NCBI GenBank assembly: GCA_963709345.1
Contig: CAVPVX010000003.1
Coordinates: forward strand, 32,001-96,000
DNA from: an uncultured Actinomycetes bacterium
GTDB lineage: Bacteria; Actinomycetota; Thermoleophilia; UBA2241
Direction: 5' to 3'
Length of the DNA: 64,000 bases
Positions 18,121 through 30,504 of this stretch are shown here, piece after piece. Position 1 is the stretch's first letter; every line of letters starts with the position of its first letter. The notes beneath the pieces were generated by a model. That model ran no database searches and had not been told where the DNA came from. It saw only the letters and a list, made by a program, of their open reading frames with translations. The position numbers and the translations under genes were made by a program.

Positions 18121-19185
18121 TCAGTCGGGCGGCCGTGCGGCCACCCGACTGAAGATCATCTTTCCCGAGGGACTCTGCAGCACGCTGGTCACCTCGGCCT
18201 TGACGCGCGCGCCCACCCTGGATGCCCCGGCCTCGACGACGATCATGGTGCCGTCGTCAAGGTAGCCGACCCCCTGGTTCTGCTCGCGCCCTTCACGCAG
18301 GATCTTGACCTCGATCACCTCGCCCGGCAGCACTGCCGGCTTCACCGCGTTCGCGAGGTCGTTCACGTTGAGAAGTATGACGCCCTGGATCTCAGCGACC
18401 TTCTTCAGCGTGTAGTCCGTGCTGATGATCTGCGCACCGGTCTCGTGGCCGAGCCGCACCAGCTTGGCGTCTACGGCCTCGATGTCGGCGTAGTCGGTAT
18501 CGTCGATGCGGGCCGCACCCGAGCCGTTCTGCAGCCGCTTCACGAAGTCGAGGCCGCGGCGGCCACGCACACGCTTCTCGGCATCGGCCGAGTCGGCCAG
18601 CCGCTGCAACTCCTCGACGACGAAGCGCGGCACGAGAAGCTCGCCCTCGACGAATCCTGTGTCGACGATCTCGAGGATGCGCCCGTCGATGATCGCGCTC
18701 GAGTCGAGAAGCTTGGCCGACGTGAGTCCCGGGACGACATCGAAGGCGCCGCGCACGCCCAGCAGCCGCAGGATCTCGATGTGCTTCTTGGCGGCGAGAT
18801 ACGCCGTGAAGTAGCCGGACAGCAGATAGATCGGCACGGTGAGATACGGTCCCACGATGGGAATGCGCACGAGCGCCACGCTGATGAGCGTGGCGATGCA
18901 CAAGCCGACGACCACTCCGCCGATACCCACCATGACCTCGGCGCCGGTGGCGCGGGCCATGACCCCGTCTACGCGGTCCAGCCCACGGCACAGGAGACGC
19001 GAGAGCAGGACGCCGAACGCGTACCCGATGAAGAAGCCGGCGACCGTGACCCCGACGAGCCAAATGATCTTGCCGTTCTGATCGAGAACGGGCGCGAAGG
19101 ACGATATGCGGATGCGCTCGGCGACCTGATACCCGGCGAGCGCGCCGAGCAGGGCCAGCAGAATGCGGATCGCGGGCGTCAGCAC
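18121..19185 (-). CDS. PIN/TRAM domain membrane protein (YacL-like)
   Basis: Four N-terminal TM helices, LDSSAIIDGRI, RGRRGLD, GVGYLDDGTMIVVE; conserved carD-PIN/TRAM-ispD synteny. Confidence 0.9.
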   Translation of the reverse strand: MLTPAIRILLALLGALAGYQVAERIRISSFAPVLDQNGKIIWLVGVTVAGFFIGYAFGVLLSRLLCRGLDRVDGVMARATGAEVMVGIGGVVVGLCIATLISVALVRIPIVGPYLTVPIYLLSGYFTAYLAAKKHIEILRLLGVRGAFDVVPGLTSAKLLDSSAIIDGRILEIVDTGFVEGELLVPRFVVEELQRLADSADAEKRVRGRRGLDFVKRLQNGSGAARIDDTDYADIEAVDAKLVRLGHETGAQIISTDYTLKKVAEIQGVILLNVNDLANAVKPAVLPGEVIEVKILREGREQNQGVGYLDDGTMIVVEAGASRVGARVKAEVTSVLQSPSGKMIFSRVAARPPD

Positions 19186-19222
19186 GCCCCGCGGTCGGCG
19201 CGGGCCGGCGGCGGAGCCGGCC

Positions 19223-19759
19223 TCAGACGACGGTGGCCGGCTCTCGGGAGTCGTCGGCAAGTGCGGCTCCGTCGATGTGGATGTTCTCGAGCACATCTTC
19301 AAGGAAGGCCGTAGCCTCGTCCTCGGAGAAATTGCGCGCGTACATGAGCTCGCTGGCGAGGATCTTCTTGGCCTTGGAGAACATCTGCTTCTCGCCGGTG
19401 GAGAGCCCCTTGGCGGCGTGGCGGATGGCCAGGTTGCGGACGACTTCGGCGACCTCGAAGATGTCGCCCGTCTTGAGCTTGTCGCGGTTGTGCTTGTAGC
19501 GCCGGCTCCAGTTCTTGGGCATCTTGGTCGGATCGCCGCGAAGGACCTCGAGGACGCGCTCGACGACGTCCGAATCAATGACCTTGCGAAGACCGGCTCG
19601 GTCGGCGTTCTCGACGGGGACCATGACGGTCATGTCGTTATGCAGGATCTGGATGGTGAGGTAGTCACGCTGCTGACCGAGCACGTCCTTCTGCTCGATC
19701 TTCATGATCTTGCCTGCCCCGTGATGTGGATAGACGACCTTGTCTCCGACTGAATACAA
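19223..19759 (-). CDS. carD: CarD family RNA polymerase-binding regulator
   Basis: VGDKVVYPHHGAG, VPVEN...GLR, NWSRRYK and LSTGEK. Confidence 0.94.
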   Translation of the reverse strand: MYSVGDKVVYPHHGAGKIMKIEQKDVLGQQRDYLTIQILHNDMTVMVPVENADRAGLRKVIDSDVVERVLEVLRGDPTKMPKNWSRRYKHNRDKLKTGDIFEVAEVVRNLAIRHAAKGLSTGEKQMFSKAKKILASELMYARNFSEDEATAFLEDVLENIHIDGAALADDSREPATVV

Positions 19760-19763
19760 GTTC

Positions 19764-21182
19764 TCAAACCCCCCACTCGTCGTTCGTGGCCCCGGCGGCC
19801 GGCTGTGGCGCTCGTTCACCGAGGAGGGTGATGAACGCCCTGCGCACGTCGGCCGCACCTGCGGCGGGAGCCCCGGCGCGGCGTGCATCGGCAGCGGGTA
19901 CGACGATGCGGTCGAAACCGGACCGGCCGGCTTCGGCGACACGCCGCTCACTCTGGCTGCAAGAACGAAGCTCGCCCGTCAGGCTGATCTCCCCGAACAC
20001 CGCCACCCTGGGCGGAAGGGGCGTGTCGCGCTGCGCCGAGGCGATGGCGAGAGCGACCGCGAGGTCCGCTGCGGGCTCGTCGATACGAATTCCGCCTGCA
20101 ATTGTAACAAAAATGTCGGCTGAGGACAACGGCAGGCGGGCATGGCGGCTGAGGACGGCCACGAGCATGGCCAGGCGATTGCGGTCGAACCCGACGGCCA
20201 CGCGGCGCGGCATCGCCAGCTCGCTGCGGCTGACGAGCGCCTGGACCTCGACGAGAAAGCAGCGCGTGCCCTCAACGGCCACGTGCACCGCGGAGCCCGC
20301 GGCGGGGTCTGCTTCGCTGAGGAAGAGAACCGAAGGGTCGGGCACCGTGAGCAGGCCCGACCCGGTCATCTCGAAGATCCCGAGCTCGTTCGTCGAGCCG
20401 AAGCGGTTCTTGGCGGCGCGCAGGGTGCGATAGAAGCGTTGCCGGTCGCCCTCGAACTGAAGCACGGTGTCGACCATGTGCTCCAGGACCCTGGGACCGG
20501 CGATCGTCCCCTCCTTCGTCACGTGACCGACGAGGAAGACGGCGGCGCCGGTGTCCTTGGCCAGGCGGAGGAAGCGGCCCGCCGCTTCCCGCACCTGGCT
20601 CACGCTGCCCGGCGCCGACGTGAAGGCGTCGCTGTAGAGCGTCTGTACCGAGTCGACGACGACGAGCGCCGGGCGGGCGGCGGCGACGGTCTCGAGCACG
20701 AGCTCGAGCTCAGTCTCGGCGAGCACGTCGATGTTGCCGGCGCCGTGGCAGATGCGCTCGGCGCGCATCTTGACCTGCGCCGCCGACTCCTCGCCGCAGA
20801 CGAGCAGCACCGGGCGGTCGGCGGCGACGTTGTCGAGCACCTGGAGAAGGAGCGTGGACTTGCCGATGCCGGGCTCGCCGCCGACGAGCACGAGCGAGCC
20901 CGGGACGATGCCCCCACCGAGCACGCGGTCGAGCTCGTCGATGCCGCTCGAGAAGCGCTCCTCGGCCGAAGAGACGACGTCGGAGAGCCGAACGGGGCCG
21001 GTGGCACTACTGCCGCCGGCCCCGCCACCACGCTTCCTGGCGCGACCGCGCCCCTTCGGCGCCACCACGACCGCTTCTTCGACGAACGAGTCCCAAGCGC
21101 CGCAGTCCGGGCAGTGGCCGAGCCACTTGGCCTCGCGGCGGCCGCACTGGCCGCAGGTGAAGACGGTCTGCGTCTTCGCCAC
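19764..21182 (-). CDS. radA: DNA repair protein RadA/Sms
   Basis: CxxC..CxxC zinc finger, GGEPGIGKSTLL, KNRFG and Lon-like C-terminus. Confidence 0.96.
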   Translation of the reverse strand: MAKTQTVFTCGQCGRREAKWLGHCPDCGAWDSFVEEAVVVAPKGRGRARKRGGGAGGSSATGPVRLSDVVSSAEERFSSGIDELDRVLGGGIVPGSLVLVGGEPGIGKSTLLLQVLDNVAADRPVLLVCGEESAAQVKMRAERICHGAGNIDVLAETELELVLETVAAARPALVVVDSVQTLYSDAFTSAPGSVSQVREAAGRFLRLAKDTGAAVFLVGHVTKEGTIAGPRVLEHMVDTVLQFEGDRQRFYRTLRAAKNRFGSTNELGIFEMTGSGLLTVPDPSVLFLSEADPAAGSAVHVAVEGTRCFLVEVQALVSRSELAMPRRVAVGFDRNRLAMLVAVLSRHARLPLSSADIFVTIAGGIRIDEPAADLAVALAIASAQRDTPLPPRVAVFGEISLTGELRSCSQSERRVAEAGRSGFDRIVVPAADARRAGAPAAGAADVRRAFITLLGERAPQPAAGATNDEWGV

Positions 21183-21234
21183 GTCAGCGGCCCCTGCGGC
21201 CGGTCTCGGTCGCCGGCGCCGTCACGACCTCGTC

Positions 21235-23799
<2,565 letters not shown>

Positions 23800-24338
23800 C
23801 CGGTTACTCCTTCCGGAGGACGGGAGCCGTTCGGGCCGGTGAAGGGACGGGAGCGGCTGCCGGTACTCGCTCTCTCAGCCTCCGGCGTACCCTCGGGTGC
23901 CCCGCCGGAAGCAGGACGTGAGTCTATGGTACCCGATTCGCCGGACGACGCGACCCGGGCCTCGTCGCGACCCCGAGCGCGCAAGACACCTGATGCCCTT
24001 CGTGCCGATTGTCGCCGGCGGGTTCGGCCTCGGCTGCTTCGTCGCGGGCGCGCTCGATCATCTTCGTCGTGGCGCCGGCAAGCGACCACGACCTCTTCAT
24101 CGCGCCACACGTCCGCAGTGAAACGATGGAGCGATGACCGCGCGACGGGACAATCAGGGCGCTGTCTACCACAGGCGGCGTGCTCACCGGCGCTGGCGCC
24201 AAGCCCTGCCGTGCGGGTCGGGCCGAGGATCGACTGGCCGGGGCCGCGGCGAACGGCGTGAGGCGATGGCGCCCAGGTCGCTACCGCACCAGACGCGGGA
24301 TCGGTCGCTGCTCCACGGAAGGCTCGCCGACGCGACGC

Positions 24339-25751
24339 TCAGCTGTCGAACCCGACGCCCAGCCGGTCGAGGGTCCGCAGCCATGCAGAGCGCTTGCCTC
24401 CGTGACGATCAGCGTAGGTCATGGCTCGCTGGGTGAGCTCTACGGCCCCCCAGCGCAGCGGTTCCGGCGGCCAGGGCACCGGCCGGCTCCGCACCAGCTC
24501 GAGCTCGGTAAGCTCCGTCCGATTCCCCGAGAGCAGATCGAGGACGGCCCTCGCTCCGAAACGCGACGCCCCGACACCCATGCCGGTGAACCCGAGGGCG
24601 TAGGCGACGCGGCCGCCCAGGAGCCTGCCGAAGAACGGGCAGAAGCGCGTGCTCGTGTCGATCGCACCGCCCCACCCGTGGGTGAAGGAGACGCCCTCGA
24701 GTTGCGGGAAGAAGGCGAAGAAGTGCCGCGAGAGCCTGGAGAACGTCTCCGGCCGGCGCGCGAACTCCGAGCGCACCGCGCTGCCGTAGTGATAGATGGC
24801 GTCGTAGCCGCCCCAGAGGATGCGGTCGTCGGCGGTCAGCCGAAAGTAGTGGAAGTGGTTGCCGGCATCAAAGAGCCCCTGCCTGCGCTTCCAGCCAAGC
24901 GCGGCCCGATGCTCCGACGAGAGCGGCTCGGTGACGAGGGCGTAGTCCCAGACAGGCACCATCAGCAGTCTCAGACGTTTGATCAGGGGCTTGAAGGCGT
25001 TGGTCGCGAGGACGGCTTTCGCGGCCCTCACGCTGCCTGCGGGTGTGCTCAACGCGACCCCTGCACCCGCACGTTCGAGTGCCACGACCGGCGTGCCCTC
25101 GTGGATGCGCACGCCGAGCTTTCGGCAGGCCCGCGCGAGACCCCATGCCAGACGAGCCGGGTCGACCATGGCGCAACTGTCCACCAGCCACAGCCCGGCG
25201 AAGACACTCGACGCCATCACCTCGGACTGGATCGCCTCCCGGCCAAAGAACTCGTGCGGACGTCCCGCGCGCTCGAGGGCGTCACGTTCATCGCGTAGCG
25301 CATCCGCCTGCCAAACCTCCGTGGCAAGCCCCAGCTCGCCGGTCCGCTCCCAGGAACAGTCGATCGCGTGGCGCTGACACGACTCCTCCACCGCCGCGAG
25401 ATTCTCCATTCCGAGCGCTTCGAGACGCTCGATCTCGTGCGGGAACTTCGCCTCGCCGTTGCCGGTACCGTGAGTGAGCGTCGACATGCAGAAGCCACCG
25501 TTGCGACCCGAAGCTTGCCAGCCGACACGCCCCGCCTCGAGGACCACCACGTCGCGACCGGGGTCGCTCTCCTTGGCGAGGAGCGCCGACCACAAGCCGG
25601 TGAAGCCGCCGCCGACGACTGCCAGATCGCATTCCTCGAAGCCGGTCAGTGGCCCGGTCGGCGCCGGCGCCTCGGGACTGTCGAGCCAGAAGGGAGTCGA
25701 GCTGAGATCGGCGACGGCGCGTTCGTACCAGGGAGAGGCGGCGCGCGCCAT
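24339..25751 (-). CDS. FAD-dependent oxidoreductase (DAO / PuuB-like amine oxidase family)
   Basis: VVGGGFTGLW, GWQASGRNGG, FHYFRLTADDRILWGG and WPPEP. Confidence 0.88.
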   Translation of the reverse strand: MARAASPWYERAVADLSSTPFWLDSPEAPAPTGPLTGFEECDLAVVGGGFTGLWSALLAKESDPGRDVVVLEAGRVGWQASGRNGGFCMSTLTHGTGNGEAKFPHEIERLEALGMENLAAVEESCQRHAIDCSWERTGELGLATEVWQADALRDERDALERAGRPHEFFGREAIQSEVMASSVFAGLWLVDSCAMVDPARLAWGLARACRKLGVRIHEGTPVVALERAGAGVALSTPAGSVRAAKAVLATNAFKPLIKRLRLLMVPVWDYALVTEPLSSEHRAALGWKRRQGLFDAGNHFHYFRLTADDRILWGGYDAIYHYGSAVRSEFARRPETFSRLSRHFFAFFPQLEGVSFTHGWGGAIDTSTRFCPFFGRLLGGRVAYALGFTGMGVGASRFGARAVLDLLSGNRTELTELELVRSRPVPWPPEPLRWGAVELTQRAMTYADRHGGKRSAWLRTLDRLGVGFDS

Positions 25752-25754
25752 GGA

Positions 25755-27248
25755 TCAGCCGCGCAGCGCCGGGAAGAGGATGACGTCGCGGATGCTGGGC
25801 GCGCCGGTCAAGATCATCACGAGACGGTCGATGCCCATGCCGAGGCCGCCGGTCGGCGGCATGCCGTGCTCCATGGCCTCGAGGAAGTCCTCGTCGAGCC
25901 GGTGCGCGGTCTCGTCGCCGTCGGCGAGATCCTGCATCTGCTGCATGAAGCGCTCGCGCTGGTCGTCCGGGTCGTTGAGCTCGCTGAAGGCGTTGCTCAG
26001 CTCCATGCCGGCGATGAAACCCTCGAACCGCTCAACGAAACGCGGGTCGTGCGGGGTCTTCTTGGCGAACGGGCTGGTCTCGAGCGGGTGCTCGGTGATG
26101 AACACCGGCTGGATGAGCTTGGGCTCGACGCACTCGCTGAACAGGTCGTCGACCTGGGCGCCCCAGGCGGGGGCGAGCGGCACGACGTCCTCGAGCCCCT
26201 TCTCCTTGATGCGCGCCTGTAGGCCGGTCACCGTGCGCGCGTCCTCGGCGCCGATGTCGATGCCGGTCTCCTGCTCGATGGCCTTGCGCATCGTGAGGCG
26301 CGGCCACGGCGGCGTCAGGTCGACAGCATGGTCGCGGAACTGGACGTTCAGGCCGCCGACGGCGCCAGCCGCCTCGGCGGTCATCTCTTCGACCATCGTC
26401 ATGACGTGGTTGTAGTCGACGTAGGCCTCGTAGGTCTCGAGCATCGTGAACTCGGGGTTGTGTTTGAAGCTCACGCCCTCGTTGCGGAAGTCCTTGCCCA
26501 TCTCGTAGACGCGGTCGATGCCGCCGATGATGCAGCGCTTGAGGTACAGCTCCGTGGCGATGCGCAGGTAGAGGTCGCGCTCGAGCTCGTTGTGGTGGGT
26601 GATGAACGGCCTCGCCAAAGCGCCGCCGTAGAGAGGCTGCAGCACCGGGGTCTCGACCTCGATGAAGCCGCGGTCGTCGAGAAAGCGGCGCACGGCGGCG
26701 ATGATGCGCGCCCTCTTGACGAACACCTCGCGCGAGTCGTCGTTGGCCGCGAGGTCCAGGTAGCGCTTGCGGTAGCGCGTCTCCACGCTGGTGAGCCCGT
26801 GGTACTTCTCGGGCATGCCGCGCAGCGACTTGCTGAGCAACCGCCAGGAGGTGATGCGCAGGCTGAGCTCGCCGCGGCGCGTACGCATCATCGTGCCCTC
26901 GGCGCCGACGAAGTCGCCGAGGTCGACGCGCTCGAGCGCCTCGTAACGCTCGTCGCCGAGCGCGTCGAGTTGGCAGAAGAGCTGGAGCTCGCCGCTCAGG
27001 TCCTTGAGCACGACGAAGGTGAGCTTGCCGTGGACGCGGCGGGCGACGACGCGGCCGGCGACGCGATGCAGGTCGGCCGAGTCCTGACCGGATTCGAGAG
27101 CCGCATACGCGTCGTGCAGCGACCCGATCTCGTCGCGAGGCTGGTACTGCGTGGGGTAGGCGTCGCCCTCGGCGCGCCAGGCGGCGAGCTTGGTACGTCG
27201 CTCGGCGAAGACGTCAGCGTGCCCGCCGTGCTCCGCGTGCTCGTCCAT
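25755..27248 (-). CDS. lysS: Lysine--tRNA ligase (class II)
   Basis: OB-fold, YLRIATELYLKR, FRNEG, HNPEFT and GMPPTGGLGMGIDRL. Confidence 0.97.
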   Translation of the reverse strand: MDEHAEHGGHADVFAERRTKLAAWRAEGDAYPTQYQPRDEIGSLHDAYAALESGQDSADLHRVAGRVVARRVHGKLTFVVLKDLSGELQLFCQLDALGDERYEALERVDLGDFVGAEGTMMRTRRGELSLRITSWRLLSKSLRGMPEKYHGLTSVETRYRKRYLDLAANDDSREVFVKRARIIAAVRRFLDDRGFIEVETPVLQPLYGGALARPFITHHNELERDLYLRIATELYLKRCIIGGIDRVYEMGKDFRNEGVSFKHNPEFTMLETYEAYVDYNHVMTMVEEMTAEAAGAVGGLNVQFRDHAVDLTPPWPRLTMRKAIEQETGIDIGAEDARTVTGLQARIKEKGLEDVVPLAPAWGAQVDDLFSECVEPKLIQPVFITEHPLETSPFAKKTPHDPRFVERFEGFIAGMELSNAFSELNDPDDQRERFMQQMQDLADGDETAHRLDEDFLEAMEHGMPPTGGLGMGIDRLVMILTGAPSIRDVILFPALRG

Positions 27249-27256
27249 GACGGCCC

Positions 27257-27736
27257 TCAGGCCTTGTCGATGGCCAGGACCTTGAACTTCTTCGAGCCCT
27301 GGGGCACGGCCACCGTCACCTTGTCGCCGGGCTTGTGGCCGATGATGGCGCGGCCGACCGGCGACTCGTTGGACAGCTTGTGTGCGCCGGGATCGGCCTC
27401 GGCCGACCCGACGATGCTGTACTGCACCACATCACCGCGCTGCATGTCCTGCAGGGTGACCTTGGTGCCCACACCGACGGCGTCGGTGGTGATGGAATCG
27501 GAGTCGATGACGATGGCGCTCCGCAGGCGCTCTTCGAGCGAGTAGATCCGTGCCTCGAGCATGGCCTGCTCGTTCTTGGCGTCGTCGTATTCGGAGTTCT
27601 CGGAGATGTCACCGAAGTCGCGGGAGGCACGGATTCGCTCGGCAACCTCGTCGCGCTTGACGGATGAAAGATACTCGATCTCCTCTTTGAGACGCTGGAA
27701 GCCCTCGGGCGTGAGGATGATCTCGCGGTCGACCAC
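27257..27736 (-). CDS. greA: Transcription elongation factor GreA
   Basis: GDISENSEYDDAK and SNESPVGRA. Confidence 0.97.
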   Translation of the reverse strand: MVDREIILTPEGFQRLKEEIEYLSSVKRDEVAERIRASRDFGDISENSEYDDAKNEQAMLEARIYSLEERLRSAIVIDSDSITTDAVGVGTKVTLQDMQRGDVVQYSIVGSAEADPGAHKLSNESPVGRAIIGHKPGDKVTVAVPQGSKKFKVLAIDKA

Positions 27737-27801
27737 AGGTTCCTCCTCTTCAACGCGGCAACGCGGCCCCTTAACGAGACCGCGTGCCGAAGTGGCGCGT
27801 A

Positions 27802-27830
27802 AGTATAGGGCATGGTAGGTGCGCGCGCAA
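27802..27830 (-). promoter_or_regulatory. Sigma70-type promoter for greA-lysS (TTGCGC-17-TATACT)
   Basis: Near-consensus hexamers with 17-nt spacer upstream of greA. Confidence 0.6.
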
Positions 27831-27868
27831 ACCGCGCCGCGAGCCCGCAGGCGGCGATCCCGGCGGCC

Positions 27869-28822
27869 TCAGATGCCGAGCAGCGAGCGGATCTGCGCAG
27901 GCTCACGCGCCTGCATGAGCGCCTGCGCGAGCGGCTTGTCGATGACCCCGTGGCGCCGCAGCCGCGACCAGAACTGGCGCAGGTGGCCCACGGCGCGGTC
28001 GCCCATGTCGTCCATCGTCTCGGCGACGAATCGCCGCGTCTCCTCGAGCTTTACCGCGGCCGGCGCGGACGGGGCGCCGAGCACCTCGGCGAAGAGCCAG
28101 GGCGCGCCCACCGCGTGACGCGCGAGCATGACGGCGGCGGCGCCGCCGTCCAGGAGCGCGAGTGCCGCGGCGCGCCCGTCCACGTCGCCGGAGGCGATGA
28201 CCGGGGCGGGCAACTCCGCGGCGAGGGCGAACGTCACGCTGTGGTCGGCGCGGCCGCTATAGAGCTGCGCCGCAGTACGCGGGTGGATGCAGACGGCAGC
28301 CGCGCCCGCAGCGACGAGGTGACGCGCCGCAAGGCGCCCGAGCCCGTCGCCATGACGCAACCCGGCCCGGATCTTGACGGTCACCGGTACGCCGCGCCCG
28401 GGCGCGGCGTCCTCCACGGCGCGCACGACGGCGGCAACGATGTCCCCGGCGCGATCCGGCTCCGCGAGCAGCGCCGCGCCGGCTCCCGTCTTCACGACCT
28501 TGCGGACGGGGCAGGCCATGTTGATGTCGATGAGGTCCGCCCCACCACCAACGCAACGGGCGGCGGCATCGGCGAGAACGTCGGCGTCGGCGCCGAAGAG
28601 TTGGAAGCCGATCGGATGCTCGCCCGGCCCGGCCTCGAGGTAGTCGAGCGTGCGCCGGTTCTCGTAGTGCACCCCGCAGGCGGAGATCATCTCAGTGAAG
28701 ACGAGGCCGGCGCCCCAGCGGCGGGCGGCGCGACGCAAGGCCGGCGTGGTGAGCCCCGCCATGGGCGCCATGAAGAGCCGCCGGTCGAGCTCGAGGCCGT
28801 TCAGAACCAGGGGGCGAAGCAA
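27869..28822 (-). CDS. dusB: tRNA-dihydrouridine synthase DusB-like
   Basis: APMAG, TEMIS, DINMACP, GAGAALL, VTVKIRAG and HPRT. Confidence 0.9.
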   Translation of the reverse strand: MLRPLVLNGLELDRRLFMAPMAGLTTPALRRAARRWGAGLVFTEMISACGVHYENRRTLDYLEAGPGEHPIGFQLFGADADVLADAAARCVGGGADLIDINMACPVRKVVKTGAGAALLAEPDRAGDIVAAVVRAVEDAAPGRGVPVTVKIRAGLRHGDGLGRLAARHLVAAGAAAVCIHPRTAAQLYSGRADHSVTFALAAELPAPVIASGDVDGRAAALALLDGGAAAVMLARHAVGAPWLFAEVLGAPSAPAAVKLEETRRFVAETMDDMGDRAVGHLRQFWSRLRRHGVIDKPLAQALMQAREPAQIRSLLGI

Positions 28823-28870
28823 CGGGTCGGGGGCGGGAGCCGCCAGAGGAGGGCCTGCCTGCGTCCCGCG

Positions 28871-29644
28871 TCAGGCCCGCTGCTGGCGGCGCATCACGAT
28901 CTCGATGCCGCGCAGCGTGAGAAACGGGTCGACGCTCTCGATGACGTCGGTGTGCCGGGCGACGAGCTCGGCAAGCCCCCCGGTGGCGATGACGCGGGCG
29001 CGTACGCCGAGCTCGTCCCAGATCGCGTGCACGATTCCCTCGAGCTCGCCGGCGAATCCGTACACGGCGCCCGACTGCAGCGCCTCGGTCGTCGACTTGC
29101 CGATGGCGTGCTCCGGCTCGACGAGGTCGATCTTGATGAGCTTCGCGGCACGCGTCGTCAGCGCCTCCAGCGAGACCTCGATTCCGGGGGCGATGGCGCC
29201 GCCGAGGTACTCACCCTCTGCCGAGATCACGTCGAAGGTCGTGGCCGTGCCGTAGTCGGCGACGATGCACGGCCCGCCGTACGTAGCGAATGCGGCGACC
29301 GCGTTGGCGACGCGGTCGGCGCCGACCTCGGCGGGGTTCTTCATGGCGATGCGCATGCCCGTGCGCGCGCCGGGACCCACGACGAAGGCGTCCAGCCCAA
29401 GGTGCTTGGCGCACATCTCGACCCACTGCCGGGTCAGGCGCGGCACCACGGACGCAACGCCGACCTCGTCGACCGACTCCCGCAGCCGCAGACCCTGGAG
29501 CGAGAAGAAGCCCTGCAGCAGACCTGCGATCTCGTCGCTGGTGCGGTGCCGTACGGTGGCGAGACGCCACTCGTCGACCACGGCGCCGGCGTCGATGAGC
29601 CCGAGGTGCGTCTGCGTGTTCCCGACGTCGACGACGAGCAGCAC
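28871..29644 (-). CDS. coaX: Type III pantothenate kinase
   Basis: VDVGNTQ, SVVP, VGADR, DYGTATT, GGAIAPG and TGG. Confidence 0.95.
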   Translation of the reverse strand: MLLVVDVGNTQTHLGLIDAGAVVDEWRLATVRHRTSDEIAGLLQGFFSLQGLRLRESVDEVGVASVVPRLTRQWVEMCAKHLGLDAFVVGPGARTGMRIAMKNPAEVGADRVANAVAAFATYGGPCIVADYGTATTFDVISAEGEYLGGAIAPGIEVSLEALTTRAAKLIKIDLVEPEHAIGKSTTEALQSGAVYGFAGELEGIVHAIWDELGVRARVIATGGLAELVARHTDVIESVDPFLTLRGIEIVMRRQQRA

Positions 29645-29646
29645 CG

Positions 29647-30486
29647 TCAGACCTCCAGATCCAGCGCCAGGTCGACCCAGACCGACCGCGTCGTGAGAGC
29701 GCCGGCCGAGATCACGTCAACCCCGGCCTCGGCGAGCTCCCGCACGCGCTCGAGCCGGACCCCGCCGGAGACCTCGACAAGCGCCCGGCCGGCGACACGG
29801 CGCACAGCCTCGCGCACGGACTCCGTGTCCATGTTGTCGAGCAGGACGATGGTGGCGCCGCAGGCGAGCGCCTCATCCAACTGCTCGAGTGTGTCGACCT
29901 CGACCTCGAGCGCGTGCAGGTGCGCCGCTCCGGCGCGCACCAGCGAAACGGCGGCGGCGACGCCGCCGGCCGCCGCCACGTGGTTGTCCTTGATCATCGC
30001 GCCGTCGAACAGGCCGAAGCGGTGCGGCGTGCCGCCGCCGTGCACGACGGCCTGCTTCTCGAGAGCGCGGAGCCCCGGCGTCGTCTTTCGCGTCGCGGCG
30101 ATGCGGGCGCTCGTCCCCGCCGTCTCCGCGACGTACTGGGCGGTCAGCGTGGCCACACCGCTCAGCCGACAGAGGAAGTTGAGAGCCGTCCGCTCGGCGG
30201 CGAGGATGGCAGCCAAAGGGCCATCCAGCGCGGCGACGGCATCTCCCGCGGCGAAAGGTTCACCGTCGCGGACGAGCACGCCCACGGTGAGCCCCGGGTC
30301 GACGAGAGCTGCGGTCGCCTCGAGCGCGGCCACCCCGGAGAGCACGCCTTCCTCGCGCGCAACGACCTGTGCGGCGGCGCTGCCGGAGAAGACCGAGCCG
30401 GTGAGGTCGCCGTAGCCGGCAAGGTCTTCGGCCAGGGCTCGCCGCGCCGCCTCACGAGCCGCTTCACTGTAGCTGCGTTCGCTCAT
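29647..30486 (-). CDS. nadC: Nicotinate-nucleotide diphosphorylase (carboxylating)
   Basis: ERTALN, TRKTTPG, HRFGL, IKDNH, EVEV, LLDNM and SGG. Confidence 0.96.
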   Translation of the reverse strand: MSERSYSEAAREAARRALAEDLAGYGDLTGSVFSGSAAAQVVAREEGVLSGVAALEATAALVDPGLTVGVLVRDGEPFAAGDAVAALDGPLAAILAAERTALNFLCRLSGVATLTAQYVAETAGTSARIAATRKTTPGLRALEKQAVVHGGGTPHRFGLFDGAMIKDNHVAAAGGVAAAVSLVRAGAAHLHALEVEVDTLEQLDEALACGATIVLLDNMDTESVREAVRRVAGRALVEVSGGVRLERVRELAEAGVDVISAGALTTRSVWVDLALDLEV

Positions 30487-30504
30487 CGTCCGTCGCGGTG
30501 CGGC

